From a virus (lineage: Duplodnaviria; Caudoviricetes), in the IMG/VR virus record IMGVR_UViG_3300035701_002605, positions 1 through 58,261 of that record: 58,261 nt of DNA. One strand, written 5' to 3'. Positions 45,594 through 53,855 of this stretch are shown piece after piece (the first letter of the stretch is position 1; each line of letters starts with the position of its first letter). The notes below the pieces were generated by a model. It saw nothing but the letters and a program-made list of their open reading frames with translations. It made no database searches and had not been told where the DNA came from. Both the position numbers and the translations under genes were made by a program.

Positions 45594-45690
45594 CGTTTTA
45601 ACCTTCCTCGTCGCCGGGCTCTCCCTTCGAGCCTCGCCCTACGGGGCGCCCCCCGGCGTACCGTAGGGCGGGGGCCGAAGGCCCCTACCG

Positions 45691-46212
45691 TTAGGCCAGC
45701 TTCAGGCCGGCCCGCGTGATGATGTAGTGGGCGCCGCCCTGGCTGACTCGGTTAGGCGCCCATCCGTCCAGCTTGGCTAGCGTAGCGGGGTGACCGGCTA
45801 CCCGGACCCCCGTCGCCCGGCAGTTGACCCCTTCGCCGTTGTGGTGGCTGTAGACGATAAGCCACTCTGTCGTGCATCGCTCGCAGAGCGGCATGTAGTC
45901 GACCCGCTTGGGGCCTTCGCCGATGTGGTAGGCCCAGCTTTCGGTCTCTAGCTCGTAGTGAGCCCGGCCGGTGCAGAACTGGTGGTGGCCGCAGCCGCAC
46001 CGCTCACCGTCGCGGCCGCGGCGCTGTAGGGTCTCATAGGTCCGTTGGCTGATGTCGGTTCCCATCGCGCTCTCCTTCTCCCAGAACGTGTCGTCGGCCG
46101 CGTAGATGTGGCCGCTGGTGGGGCTGGCCTTGGCCGTTCCGTAGGGCGTATAGACCCGGAGGATCGGCCACTCGCCATTCTTGCCCACCGTCTCTCGCTT
46201 GATCGTTATCAT
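45691..46212 (-). CDS. Hypothetical Cys/His-containing protein
   Basis: CGCGHHQFC...LCERC. Confidence 0.6.
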   Translation of the reverse strand: MITIKRETVGKNGEWPILRVYTPYGTAKASPTSGHIYAADDTFWEKESAMGTDISQRTYETLQRRGRDGERCGCGHHQFCTGRAHYELETESWAYHIGEGPKRVDYMPLCERCTTEWLIVYSHHNGEGVNCRATGVRVAGHPATLAKLDGWAPNRVSQGGAHYIITRAGLKLA

Positions 46213-46229
46213 CGTTCCGTCCTTTCGGT

Positions 46230-46295
46230 TGACCTGCCATCATCGGCGCCGGGCGGTCAGCCCCGGCGGTGCCGCGCCCGCGCGCGGCTTTCGGC
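46230..46295 (-). ncRNA. Type II hammerhead-like RNA (variant core)
   Basis: GCC-GAAA-7bp stem III-AC-7bp stem I-CCGAUGA-U-GGC; loop UGACC complementary to 3' GGUCA. Confidence 0.55.
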
Positions 46296-46297
46296 TG

Positions 46298-46634
46298 CTA
46301 CCAGGCGGCGTAGCCTGGGCTACTGACGTTGTAGTGGCGCGCCCGGTTCATCCGAACGATGGGCACGGCGCCGTGATACCAGATGATCGCGGCGGCCAGG
46401 AGCACCGCGTCGTTCCTGGTTAGGTTGACGGCCGCAAAGCCCGCCTTCCAGTCGCCGGCCTGGGCGTACCGGTTGAACATGGCTTCCATGTCGCCGGCCT
46501 CGGCCCGGCCCAGGATGGGGCCGGCGCACCGGCGCGCCTCTAGGCGGGTCTTGACCAATAGCTCGAACAGCGCCCCGGCGCCATCGCAAACGGCCCTCGC
46601 CGTTAGCGATCGAGATCTGCATTATCTTCTGCAT
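46298..46634 (-). pseudogene. Hypothetical gene with an apparent 1-nt frameshift
   Basis: Strong RBS and ATG at 46634 are in a different frame from the protein-like body ending at 46298. Confidence 0.5.
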
Positions 46635-46647
46635 CGCACTACCTCCT

Positions 46648-46703
46648 GGGTTTCGGCCCCGTCCTGGGCCATCATCGGCGGGGGCTCGGTCGCCCCCGGA
46701 CCC
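46648..46703 (-). ncRNA. Type III hammerhead ribozyme candidate
   Basis: GGGU-C-CGGGGGC-GACCGA-GCCCCCG-CCGAUGA-U-GGCCC-AGGACG-GGGCC-GAAA-CCC: three stems and a GUC site. Confidence 0.7.
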
Positions 46704-46996
46704 TATAGCGGGGACCTTCTCGGCATGCAGGGCTAATGTAACCCCGTCCTTCCGTTCATCGGCGCCCCTTAGACAGCCCTACCCTCTCCTCTCGGTTCTC
46801 GGTCTGTCTAGCTAGTCGTGGCCCCGTTCCCTCCGCGCGCCTAGTTGCCGTGCCTGCCTCGCTAGTGGCTCTTGTGGCGGCCGGCCATTCGGCCGGCCCC
46901 GCCCGGTGTAGCGCCGTACGCCTTGGCGTTGGGGCCTTTGTTGTGGGGCTTGTTCGCTTTGCTGGCCTGCCCCTCGCCGATGTCTTATCTACCTAC

Positions 46997-47025
46997 ATAC
47001 TAGCCGCTACGGCTAGCGATGTCAA
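46997..47025 (-). promoter_or_regulatory. Sigma70 promoter with perfect operator-like palindrome
   Basis: TTGACA-N17-TAGTAT; palindrome 47000-47016. Confidence 0.85.
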
Positions 47026-47402
47026 GCCTTTTCGCGCGCAAATGGGACTATTTTGCGACTTTCTCGGTGACGATCTGGTTACGGCGAAGCTATAAGGGGT
47101 GCGCCCGCCTGGTGATGGGTCCGACGCCCGAATAGTTAGGCCGGCCCGCGCGGGGTCCTGGCGGCGCGGTGGGGCAGAAATAGCCGAATGGCACTCCGCC
47201 ATGCCGTGATATGGCCCTCTGCCGTTGCGGCCTCAGTTTCTAATTGTGGAGCCCCGGAGATCAGCGCTCCGCCCGCCGAGGTAGGCGTTAGGCGCGAACG
47301 CCCCGGCGAGGCCGCCGGCGCCAAGTTCCGCGATCACCTGCGCGTGGGCCGCCCTGCGGGGGCGTGGAGCGGGAATAGATGCGCCTATGCGCGATATGCG
47401 GG

Positions 47403-47960
47403 CTACCAGCAATTCGCCCAACCGCCGGTGCCGGCCGGATCGACGCCCAACGGGCCGATCCAGTTGCCCACGGCGAAGCCCTGCTCCCAGGCGTCGCGGT
47501 AGTCGGCGCCGGGCCGGGCGGCTCGCGCCCAAGTATCGGGGGCGAATTGGGCGAGCCCTAGGTGGTAGCCGGGCGGGTCTAGGTCCCAGCCCGACTCGCA
47601 GGGGATCACTATGTCGGCAAAGTGGGCGGCCAGGTCCGGCGGCCCTCCGCCGGCGGCGTACCCGGCCAGGAAGGCGGCCATGAGGGCGGCGGCCCCGGCC
47701 GGCGCGGGCGGGGCCAGCGTCGGTGAGGCCGCCATGGCGATCACTGTAGGGACGGGGGCCGGCGCCGGAACGCCCTGCGGTCCTCTGGTGGCGGAGTCGA
47801 GGTCGGGGCACATCCGGGCGCCGGCCGTAGTCCAAGGCGGCGTAGCTCTCGCGGGGTCCGCCGCCGTGGGCTCACTCTGTCTATAGGCGCCTCCGCAGCC
47901 GGTTACAGCGACGGCGGCGCATATCCACATTAAGGCGCTCACCGCCAGGCACCATCTCAC
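47403..47960 (-). CDS. Lipoprotein with Rpf/lytic transglycosylase-like domain
   Basis: Lipobox-like AVTGC; Pro-rich linker; PCESGW...GLAQF...TW...EQ...W..C. Confidence 0.75.
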   Translation of the reverse strand: MRWCLAVSALMWICAAVAVTGCGGAYRQSEPTAADPARATPPWTTAGARMCPDLDSATRGPQGVPAPAPVPTVIAMAASPTLAPPAPAGAAALMAAFLAGYAAGGGPPDLAAHFADIVIPCESGWDLDPPGYHLGLAQFAPDTWARAARPGADYRDAWEQGFAVGNWIGPLGVDPAGTGGWANCW

Positions 47961-48144
47961 TTACCATCCTGCCCGCTCCGTGCGACCACCGCGACCTCCT
48001 TGCCGCCCACTAGGACGATGTAGAGCCCGTCCCAGCGCCGGCGGATGATCCAGCACGACCACCGCCGCCAGCGTCGGCGCCAGCGTCGGTTCCGCATGGT
48101 CTTCCCCCAGGCCGCACGGCCCGGCCGGCGGTTGTGGGGGCCGG

Positions 48145-49920
48145 TTAGTGTAGGCTGGCCCGCGAGCCATTCGGTCCCTTTTCGACCAGGATCGTGTTCG
48201 GCAACGCTTCCCTCAAGTCGTCTACGTGGCTGATCACTAGGATCAACCCGAACTCGGCCGCTATCATCGAAAGGCACTCCATAAGCGCCTCGCGCCCTCG
48301 GCCATCCTGGCTCCCGAAACCCTCGTCGATCACTAGGGTCCTGCATGGCGCCGATGCCCTCCTAGCTAGCAGCCGGGATAGCGCGATCCGTGTTGCGAAG
48401 TCTACCCGGAAGCGCTCACCCCCTGAGTAAAGCTCGTAGGGCCGGACGCCCAGGGCGTCGCTAATGAGCAGGTCTAGTGTCTCGATGTCGCGGCCGGTCG
48501 TCTTGCCGGCGCGTTGGGTCCTCAGATCAATGGTCGTCGTGCCGCCGGTCAGTATGCCCAGGAGCCGGTTGGCCTCGGCGACGATCTCGGGGATCGCGGC
48601 GTCGATCAACATAGCCTGAATACCGTTGGCCCCCAGAGCATCCTCGACCGCTAGCAGGTCGATCACGCGGGCGGCGGCGCGCGCCTGGCGTTCCTCTGCC
48701 GCCGCTAGGTCGACCTCTAGGGCGCGTAGCTGATCCATCCGGCCTTGGACGCTGGCGGCGTCGGCCTGGTAGGCGGCGAGCAGCCCTGCGGCTTCCTTGT
48801 AGCGCGCCTCGGCGTTGGCTAGGGCCGCGCGCATATCGCCCACGCCCTCGACCTCGGTCTCTAGGCCGGCTAGCTGCTCCCTCACACCGCCGGCTTCGAC
48901 TGCGGCCAGGTCCATCGCGGCCTGGGCCTTTGCCTGGCGGTCCGCTAGCTCCGCCCGTAGCTCCCGCTGGCGCGCGGCCCACTCCTCTAGCCGACGCCGG
49001 GCGCCTTCATCGGCGATGGTCTGCCCGCAGGTCGGGCAGGTCCGCGCGTCGGCGCCAGCCGGCGGTGCGCCGGCGGCTTCAAGCTGCCTGGCCAATGTGG
49101 CAAGGTTTGAACGGGCCATGCGCTCCTGGCCTTCCAGGTGGCCTAGGTCGGCCCGGAGCTTGTCACGGGTAGTTAGGGTCGCAGCTTGGGCTTCCGCTAG
49201 CCCACGGGCCTCACTGATGGCCCGCTCGTGGTAGGCTACCTGCTCCGCCTGCTCTTTCGCCCTAGCCTCTAGCTCCGCCAGGCGGCCCTTTAGATCGCCG
49301 GCGCTGGCCAGAACTTGCCGAAGCGCCTCGGCCGAATGCTGCTCGGCGGCGCCGGCGGCCTCTGCCTGACGGCGCGCCTCATGGGCGCGCGCGGCCCACT
49401 CCTGCCAGGACCGGATGCCCAGGATCTCGGTTAGCAGGTCCTTCCGGTCCTTGGGGCCGGCGCGGGCAAACTCGTCAGCCCGCCCTTGCACTAGGCAGGC
49501 CGTGTTAATGAAGGTGTGGCCGTCCAGTCCCAGGATGCGGTCGATCCGCTCCTGGGTCTGCTTGATCGTCTCCGCCGTCAGCTTGACGGCGCCCCCGGCC
49601 TCTAGGCCCTCGATAGTCAGGGCGCTTACGCCGGCCCGGCCGCTGCCAGCTAGCCGGCGGCGGCGGCTAATGCGGTAGCGCCCGCGATCCACGGCCACGT
49701 CTACCGTCACCTGGCACTCATCGGCGCCGGCCCGGACCAGGTCGTCATCGGACCGGGCGCGGCTCTCGCCCCATAGGCACCATGTCAGGGCATCCACCGC
49801 CAGGGCCGACTTGCCGGCGCCGTTCCCGCCCGCCAGGGCCACCATGAAAAGCCCCCGCAGGTCGACATCGGCGGCCCCGTAGCTTAGGAAGTTGGTAACG
49901 GTTATGCGCTCGGGTATCAT
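48145..49920 (-). CDS. sbcC: SbcC/Rad50-like SMC ATPase
   Basis: GGNGAGKS, CPTC zinc hook, SGGE, LVIDEGFGSQD, ISH. Confidence 0.95.
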   Translation of the reverse strand: MIPERITVTNFLSYGAADVDLRGLFMVALAGGNGAGKSALAVDALTWCLWGESRARSDDDLVRAGADECQVTVDVAVDRGRYRISRRRRLAGSGRAGVSALTIEGLEAGGAVKLTAETIKQTQERIDRILGLDGHTFINTACLVQGRADEFARAGPKDRKDLLTEILGIRSWQEWAARAHEARRQAEAAGAAEQHSAEALRQVLASAGDLKGRLAELEARAKEQAEQVAYHERAISEARGLAEAQAATLTTRDKLRADLGHLEGQERMARSNLATLARQLEAAGAPPAGADARTCPTCGQTIADEGARRRLEEWAARQRELRAELADRQAKAQAAMDLAAVEAGGVREQLAGLETEVEGVGDMRAALANAEARYKEAAGLLAAYQADAASVQGRMDQLRALEVDLAAAEERQARAAARVIDLLAVEDALGANGIQAMLIDAAIPEIVAEANRLLGILTGGTTTIDLRTQRAGKTTGRDIETLDLLISDALGVRPYELYSGGERFRVDFATRIALSRLLARRASAPCRTLVIDEGFGSQDGRGREALMECLSMIAAEFGLILVISHVDDLREALPNTILVEKGPNGSRASLH

Positions 49921-50186
49921 GGCCGCACCATGCTAGCCGCTGCGGCCAGTTGTGTCAACCGGGGCTTCCGCGCGGCCCCTACCGCTTGCATGATCTCGTC
50001 TTCCAGGTCCGTAGGTAGGTAGGCAGCCCCCGTTAGGCTGGCCTCCCATAGGTCCATCACTACCCGCCAGGCGGCGCCGTACTGGTCCGATAGGTCGCGC
50101 CGGCCATGCCGGGCGGCGTAGAACTGCCAGCGCGCCAGCCCGTCCGCTACCTGGTAGAAGTCGTCGGTAGTCCAGATGTGGATCAT
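49917..50186 (-). CDS. Hypothetical protein
   Basis: ATGA overlaps on both sides. Confidence 0.6.
   Translation of the reverse strand: MIHIWTTDDFYQVADGLARWQFYAARHGRRDLSDQYGAAWRVVMDLWEASLTGAAYLPTDLEDEIMQAVGAARKPRLTQLAAAASMVRP
49930..49958 (-). promoter_or_regulatory. Sigma70 promoter with operator-like palindrome upstream of sbcC
   Basis: TTGACA-N17-TAGCAT; palindrome 49933-49949 with one arm mismatch. Confidence 0.75.
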
Positions 50187-50452
50187 GGCTGCAAATGCCG
50201 TAGGGCGGTGGCTACCGCTTCTCGGAGCCCCGTAACCGCGTCTTCGAGGCCGTCTCGGACGGGATCAAGCAGCCTCTCCCGCCGGGTGATCTCGGCGTCA
50301 ACGTCGGCGGCCAGATAGAACGGCCCAAGCGCCCAATACCGTCCCCATTCCTGCCATTCAGCCCTGACCCCGTGGCCGCTCTCGTCCTCTAGCTCGACAA
50401 ACTGGCTATCGGGGCCGGGGGGCCGGTCCATTCTCACCCACACCTTGATCAT
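50183..50452 (-). CDS. Hypothetical protein
   Basis: FVELEDESG motif; ATGA overlaps. Confidence 0.6.
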   Translation of the reverse strand: MIKVWVRMDRPPGPDSQFVELEDESGHGVRAEWQEWGRYWALGPFYLAADVDAEITRRERLLDPVRDGLEDAVTGLREAVATALRHLQP

Positions 50453-50802
50453 AGCTCCTCCTTTGCTTGCTTGATGATGGCCTCGGTGCCGACTAGCAGC
50501 CGGGCCGCGCTATCCCGTAGGTCCTGGTCGTTACTCGGGAACGGCTGGGTCCGCAGCCACCGGACCACGGCTTCTAGGTGGGCGAACAGCGCTGGCGCGG
50601 CCAGGTAGAGGGTAACGAAACGGGCGACTACTGCGCGGTAGTGGGCCGCCTTCTCCTCGCTGCCGGGGCCGCCATAGTTGGCCGAGCCCATCGTCCCTAG
50701 GCTTATCCACTTGCCGTCGATCTCCACCTCTAGGTTGGCCGGCACCAGGGCATCGTTTAAGGGGAACCGACGGTTGATCGCTACGCGCGGGTATCGTTTC
50801 AC
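50449..50802 (-). CDS. Hypothetical protein
   Basis: L.AAP.L...LE pattern common in small phage proteins; GTGA overlap. Confidence 0.6.
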   Translation of the reverse strand: MKRYPRVAINRRFPLNDALVPANLEVEIDGKWISLGTMGSANYGGPGSEEKAAHYRAVVARFVTLYLAAPALFAHLEAVVRWLRTQPFPSNDQDLRDSAARLLVGTEAIIKQAKEEL

Positions 50803-52034
50803 GCTTCCCCCTTTAGCCCCATCGCTAGGCCATAGAGTCGGGTCCGGCGCTCCGGGTCGGCCTCGGTGCGCTCTAGGTACTCGCGCAATATCTCCTCTGG
50901 CGGCCGGCCCGTTAGCCCATCACCGCCCCACCGGCGCTCGGCGCGGGGCGCGTCGACGGTGATCCCTGCCACGTCCCACGCGGCCGTATCCCGTAGGACT
51001 GTCCCGATCCGGCCTAGGTCCAACGCGCCGGCCTGGGCGGCCGCCCTACAGGTGATCCGCAGCCGGACTACCGCACCCTCCGCTACGCCTGCCTGGCGGA
51101 TCGCGTCGATAGCGGCCACCGTCACCAGGTCCGGGGCGATCAGGTCCGCTAGGTCCAGGTCGATCGTCTGGAATGGCCGGCCGCGAACCGTAAACGGCGT
51201 TAGGTCGACGCACCGCGCCCCCGCTGGCTCGCGGGGGTTAAGAACAAACCGCCACGCTACCTTTTCCTGGCCTTCCTCTCCGAAGTCGATCGTTATGGGC
51301 GATCCGCAGTAGACCGCCAGCGTGGACCCGCCCTTGATCACCCCCGGCTTGTGGTAGTGGCCTAGCAACACCAGGTCTAGGGTGACCGGGAAGTCGGACG
51401 CCCGGACTAGCGGCTCGTAGCCCAAGGTCATCCACTGGTCGCTGGCCCGGTCGGCGCCGGCTACCGCTAGGTGGCCGATCAAGACCTGTGGCCCCTCGTC
51501 CATGTCGGGCGGTAGGACCGCCCTAACGATCGTCTGCCGCACGGCGGCGTCAGCGGCGTTGGTTAGCTCGTCCAGGTCGCGCGCGTCGGCCCGGCCCAGG
51601 CGCGGCCATGGTATGCCCACCAGTCGCACCTTCCGATCGCCGGCCAGCGTAACCGTCATGGACGCCGGCTCGTTAAAGACGAAGGCGCCGAGAACCTCCG
51701 CCGTGTCTAGGAGGTTGCTTTGGCCGTTGCCGGAGTCGCCGTCGTGGTTGCCCCGGACCAGGACCGGCGTGATGCCCTTGTCTATCAGCGCCCGGACCCG
51801 GTAGAGGAACGGCGCGGCGATCCGCTGCGGCGGGTTACGGTGCCGCGTCAGGTCGCCGGCGATGATAAACAGGTCCGCCCCCTCGCGGAACGCCATGCCG
51901 ATGATCTGGTCCAGGGCGTCAAAGTAGTCGTCTACGCGCGCCGGGAGCCCGTAGGCGTTGACGCCCCCGACGTTGTCGATCCCCAGGTGGAGATCGGCCG
52001 TCGCTATCCCCCGGATGATCCCGTTAGGTTCCAC
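50799..52034 (-). CDS. sbcD: SbcD/Mre11-like nuclease
   Basis: ADLHLG, AGD, GNHD, GH, LGHYH, YCGSP...DFGE. Confidence 0.95.
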   Translation of the reverse strand: MEPNGIIRGIATADLHLGIDNVGGVNAYGLPARVDDYFDALDQIIGMAFREGADLFIIAGDLTRHRNPPQRIAAPFLYRVRALIDKGITPVLVRGNHDGDSGNGQSNLLDTAEVLGAFVFNEPASMTVTLAGDRKVRLVGIPWPRLGRADARDLDELTNAADAAVRQTIVRAVLPPDMDEGPQVLIGHLAVAGADRASDQWMTLGYEPLVRASDFPVTLDLVLLGHYHKPGVIKGGSTLAVYCGSPITIDFGEEGQEKVAWRFVLNPREPAGARCVDLTPFTVRGRPFQTIDLDLADLIAPDLVTVAAIDAIRQAGVAEGAVVRLRITCRAAAQAGALDLGRIGTVLRDTAAWDVAGITVDAPRAERRWGGDGLTGRPPEEILREYLERTEADPERRTRLYGLAMGLKGEA

Positions 52035-52036
52035 TC

Positions 52037-52564
52037 CTAGCCTCCTATCGCTAGGCGCCGGCTCTCGGTAGCGGCCGGCGCCTCGGAAGTATAGCCGCTA
52101 CGGCTAGCGCTTGTCAAGGCTGGTGCCTGGCGCTGGGTGGCCCACCGTAGGAAGCCGCCGGGGTTTCGGAGCCTAGCGTTAGGTTGCCATCCGCCCCGCT
52201 CCGCCGGCACGACCACGCCCTCCAAGTGCATAACGTCCAGGACCGGCCCGGCGCCATAGCGCGAAACGAAGGCTAGCGCGTTGGCAAAGCCTAGCCGGCC
52301 CGCTAGCCAGCGCGCTAGGCGTTTCTCGGTCGGGCTCCCTCGCGGGCGCGCGCGCCTATACGGTGATGATGATGATGATCGGATCGATCCGCTATCATCA
52401 TCATCATCAAACGTCTTCTTAATACTTCGGGGGCCGGGGCGCGCGGGCGCGCTACGCGAGGGGGTTGCGAGCGGTCGGGGCGGCGGGTAACAAGGGTCGG
52501 GTAGTGGGTACTGGGGGGCGGATATGTCGAAGACTCTAGGCGGTAGCTGGTCGTGGCGCGGCAC
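52037..52564 (-). CDS. Putative replication-initiator-like protein
   Basis: C-terminal LRNPGGFLRWA; low-complexity middle with inverted repeat; AAGGAG RBS. Confidence 0.45.
   Translation of the reverse strand: MPRHDQLPPRVFDISAPQYPLPDPCYPPPRPLATPSRSAPARPGPRSIKKTFDDDDDSGSIRSSSSSPYRRARPRGSPTEKRLARWLAGRLGFANALAFVSRYGAGPVLDVMHLEGVVVPAERGGWQPNARLRNPGGFLRWATQRQAPALTSASRSGYTSEAPAATESRRLAIGG
52088..52117 (-). promoter_or_regulatory. Sigma70 promoter with operator-like palindrome upstream of sbcD
   Basis: TTGACA-N18-TATACT; palindrome 52091-52107. Confidence 0.8.
52364..52409. repeat. Inverted repeat with (GAT)n/(ATC)n arms around the palindrome CGGATCGATCCG
   Basis: TGATGATGATGATGAT-CGGATCGATCCG-CT-ATCATCATCATCATCA. 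Confidence 0.9.
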
Positions 52565-52584
52565 TTCGGACTCCTTTCCATAAG

Positions 52585-52646
52585 CTAGACGCTGCGGCTA
52601 GTTAGTAGCGGCCCCTGCATCATACGCAGGGGCCGCTCTGTGTCAA
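52585..52646 (-). promoter_or_regulatory. Promoter overlapped by a 12-bp hairpin, with the palindrome downstream
   Basis: TTGACA 52641-52646, TATGAT 52619-52624, stem 52607-52637, palindrome 52585-52601. Confidence 0.6.
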
Positions 52647-52669
52647 GGTTCCTGATGGGCTTAGGCGCG

Positions 52670-52900
52670 TTAGCTTAAACGGACCTGCCGGCCGGCGAAG
52701 GTTAGCGTGGCCCGGCACTCGAAGCCGATGGCGGACCATAGCAGGTTCAGGTCCTCGGGCTCAGGGTTAGCGATGATCAGGGTGATCTCTAGCGCCTGGC
52801 CCTCTTTCGTCGGCACCGGCCGCCGCTTCTCGACGGTAGCTACGGCCTCTAGGGTAAGGCTCTGCTCGTCGGCGGGCTGGGCGTCGGCCTTATTGGGCAT
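52670..52900 (-). CDS. Hypothetical protein
   Basis: AAGGAG RBS. Confidence 0.6.
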   Translation of the reverse strand: MPNKADAQPADEQSLTLEAVATVEKRRPVPTKEGQALEITLIIANPEPEDLNLLWSAIGFECRATLTFAGRQVRLS

Positions 52901-53843
52901 TCGGGGCTCCTTCCTGGGGCGTTAGCCCCGTCTGGCGGCCATGGGCTCTCCGGTTAAGCTCGGCCAGGGATAGGTCTTCGACCGGCGTAGGGTCGCGGGC
53001 GGCGGGCGGCTCCCCGCCGGGGCCTGGGTCCTGGTCTATGGGCGGTGGCGGTAGCGTAGGCGTAGGCGGTGGCGATGTCGAGGTCGCCGGCGTCGGCGAG
53101 GGCGCAGGCGGTGGCGTGGGCGACGTCTCAGCCGGCGACGATATGGCCGGCTGTTCCGCGTCCGCCTGCATTAGCCACTGTGGCAGGGCGCCGTTGGTTA
53201 TCGGCGCGCCCATCTCCGGGTCGAAGGTCGGAAGCGGCACGCCGGCCAGGGCGTCCAGGGCGCGGGCCTCGGCCCGCTTCATCGCCATGATCTGCGGCTG
53301 AAGGATCACCGGCCGGACCTTCGCGCGCGTGTTCTTTATGAGGGCGAACAGGCCGTCGGGATCGTCGTTGTTTCGGAGCTTCTGCACATCCTCTGGCTTC
53401 ACCCCTAGGGCGTCCATCTCCTTCTCGCTAGGCCAGCGCTCGTGCGCGCGCACTAGCCCATACTGGATCGTGGGCCGCTCGTCGCTGCGCCGGTAGACCC
53501 GGCACTCGGCCACCACGTCGCCCTTGGTCGTCGCCCCCAGGGCCTTCCGGTGTTGCTCGTCGATCACGATGTCGGGCTGGATCGCGGCCAGGTCGCCGTT
53601 GCGCTCCGCTAGCCGGCGCCGGCCGTGCACGGTGATAAAGACCTGCCCCTCGTACAACATGACCTCGTTATTCAGCGGATGCAGGCCCAGCCGTACGGCC
53701 ACCACCGCTAGCGCCCACCGGAGCTTGGGCGGGGAGGTCGGGTCCATCACCTGAATGAACCGGTCCATCGTGTCGATATTAGCCTTGGTAGCTGGCAGCG
53801 GGCGCGTGCCGACTACCGTTAGGGCCTGGTCGTCATTGGCCAC
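52890..53843 (-). CDS. RecT/Bet-like single-strand annealing protein
   Basis: LGLHPL..EV, ITVHGRR.LA.R.G, P..MAMKRAEARAL; Pro-rich tail. Confidence 0.8.
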   Translation of the reverse strand: MANDDQALTVVGTRPLPATKANIDTMDRFIQVMDPTSPPKLRWALAVVAVRLGLHPLNNEVMLYEGQVFITVHGRRRLAERNGDLAAIQPDIVIDEQHRKALGATTKGDVVAECRVYRRSDERPTIQYGLVRAHERWPSEKEMDALGVKPEDVQKLRNNDDPDGLFALIKNTRAKVRPVILQPQIMAMKRAEARALDALAGVPLPTFDPEMGAPITNGALPQWLMQADAEQPAISSPAETSPTPPPAPSPTPATSTSPPPTPTLPPPPIDQDPGPGGEPPAARDPTPVEDLSLAELNRRAHGRQTGLTPQEGAPNAQ

Positions 53844-53855
53844 GGCAACCTCCTC

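Noticed and set aside
47030-47400. tRNA or other known RNA gene in the non-coding gap
   Set aside because: No cloverleaf or T-loop consensus found; it could hold a packaging or terminus site but there is no direct evidence
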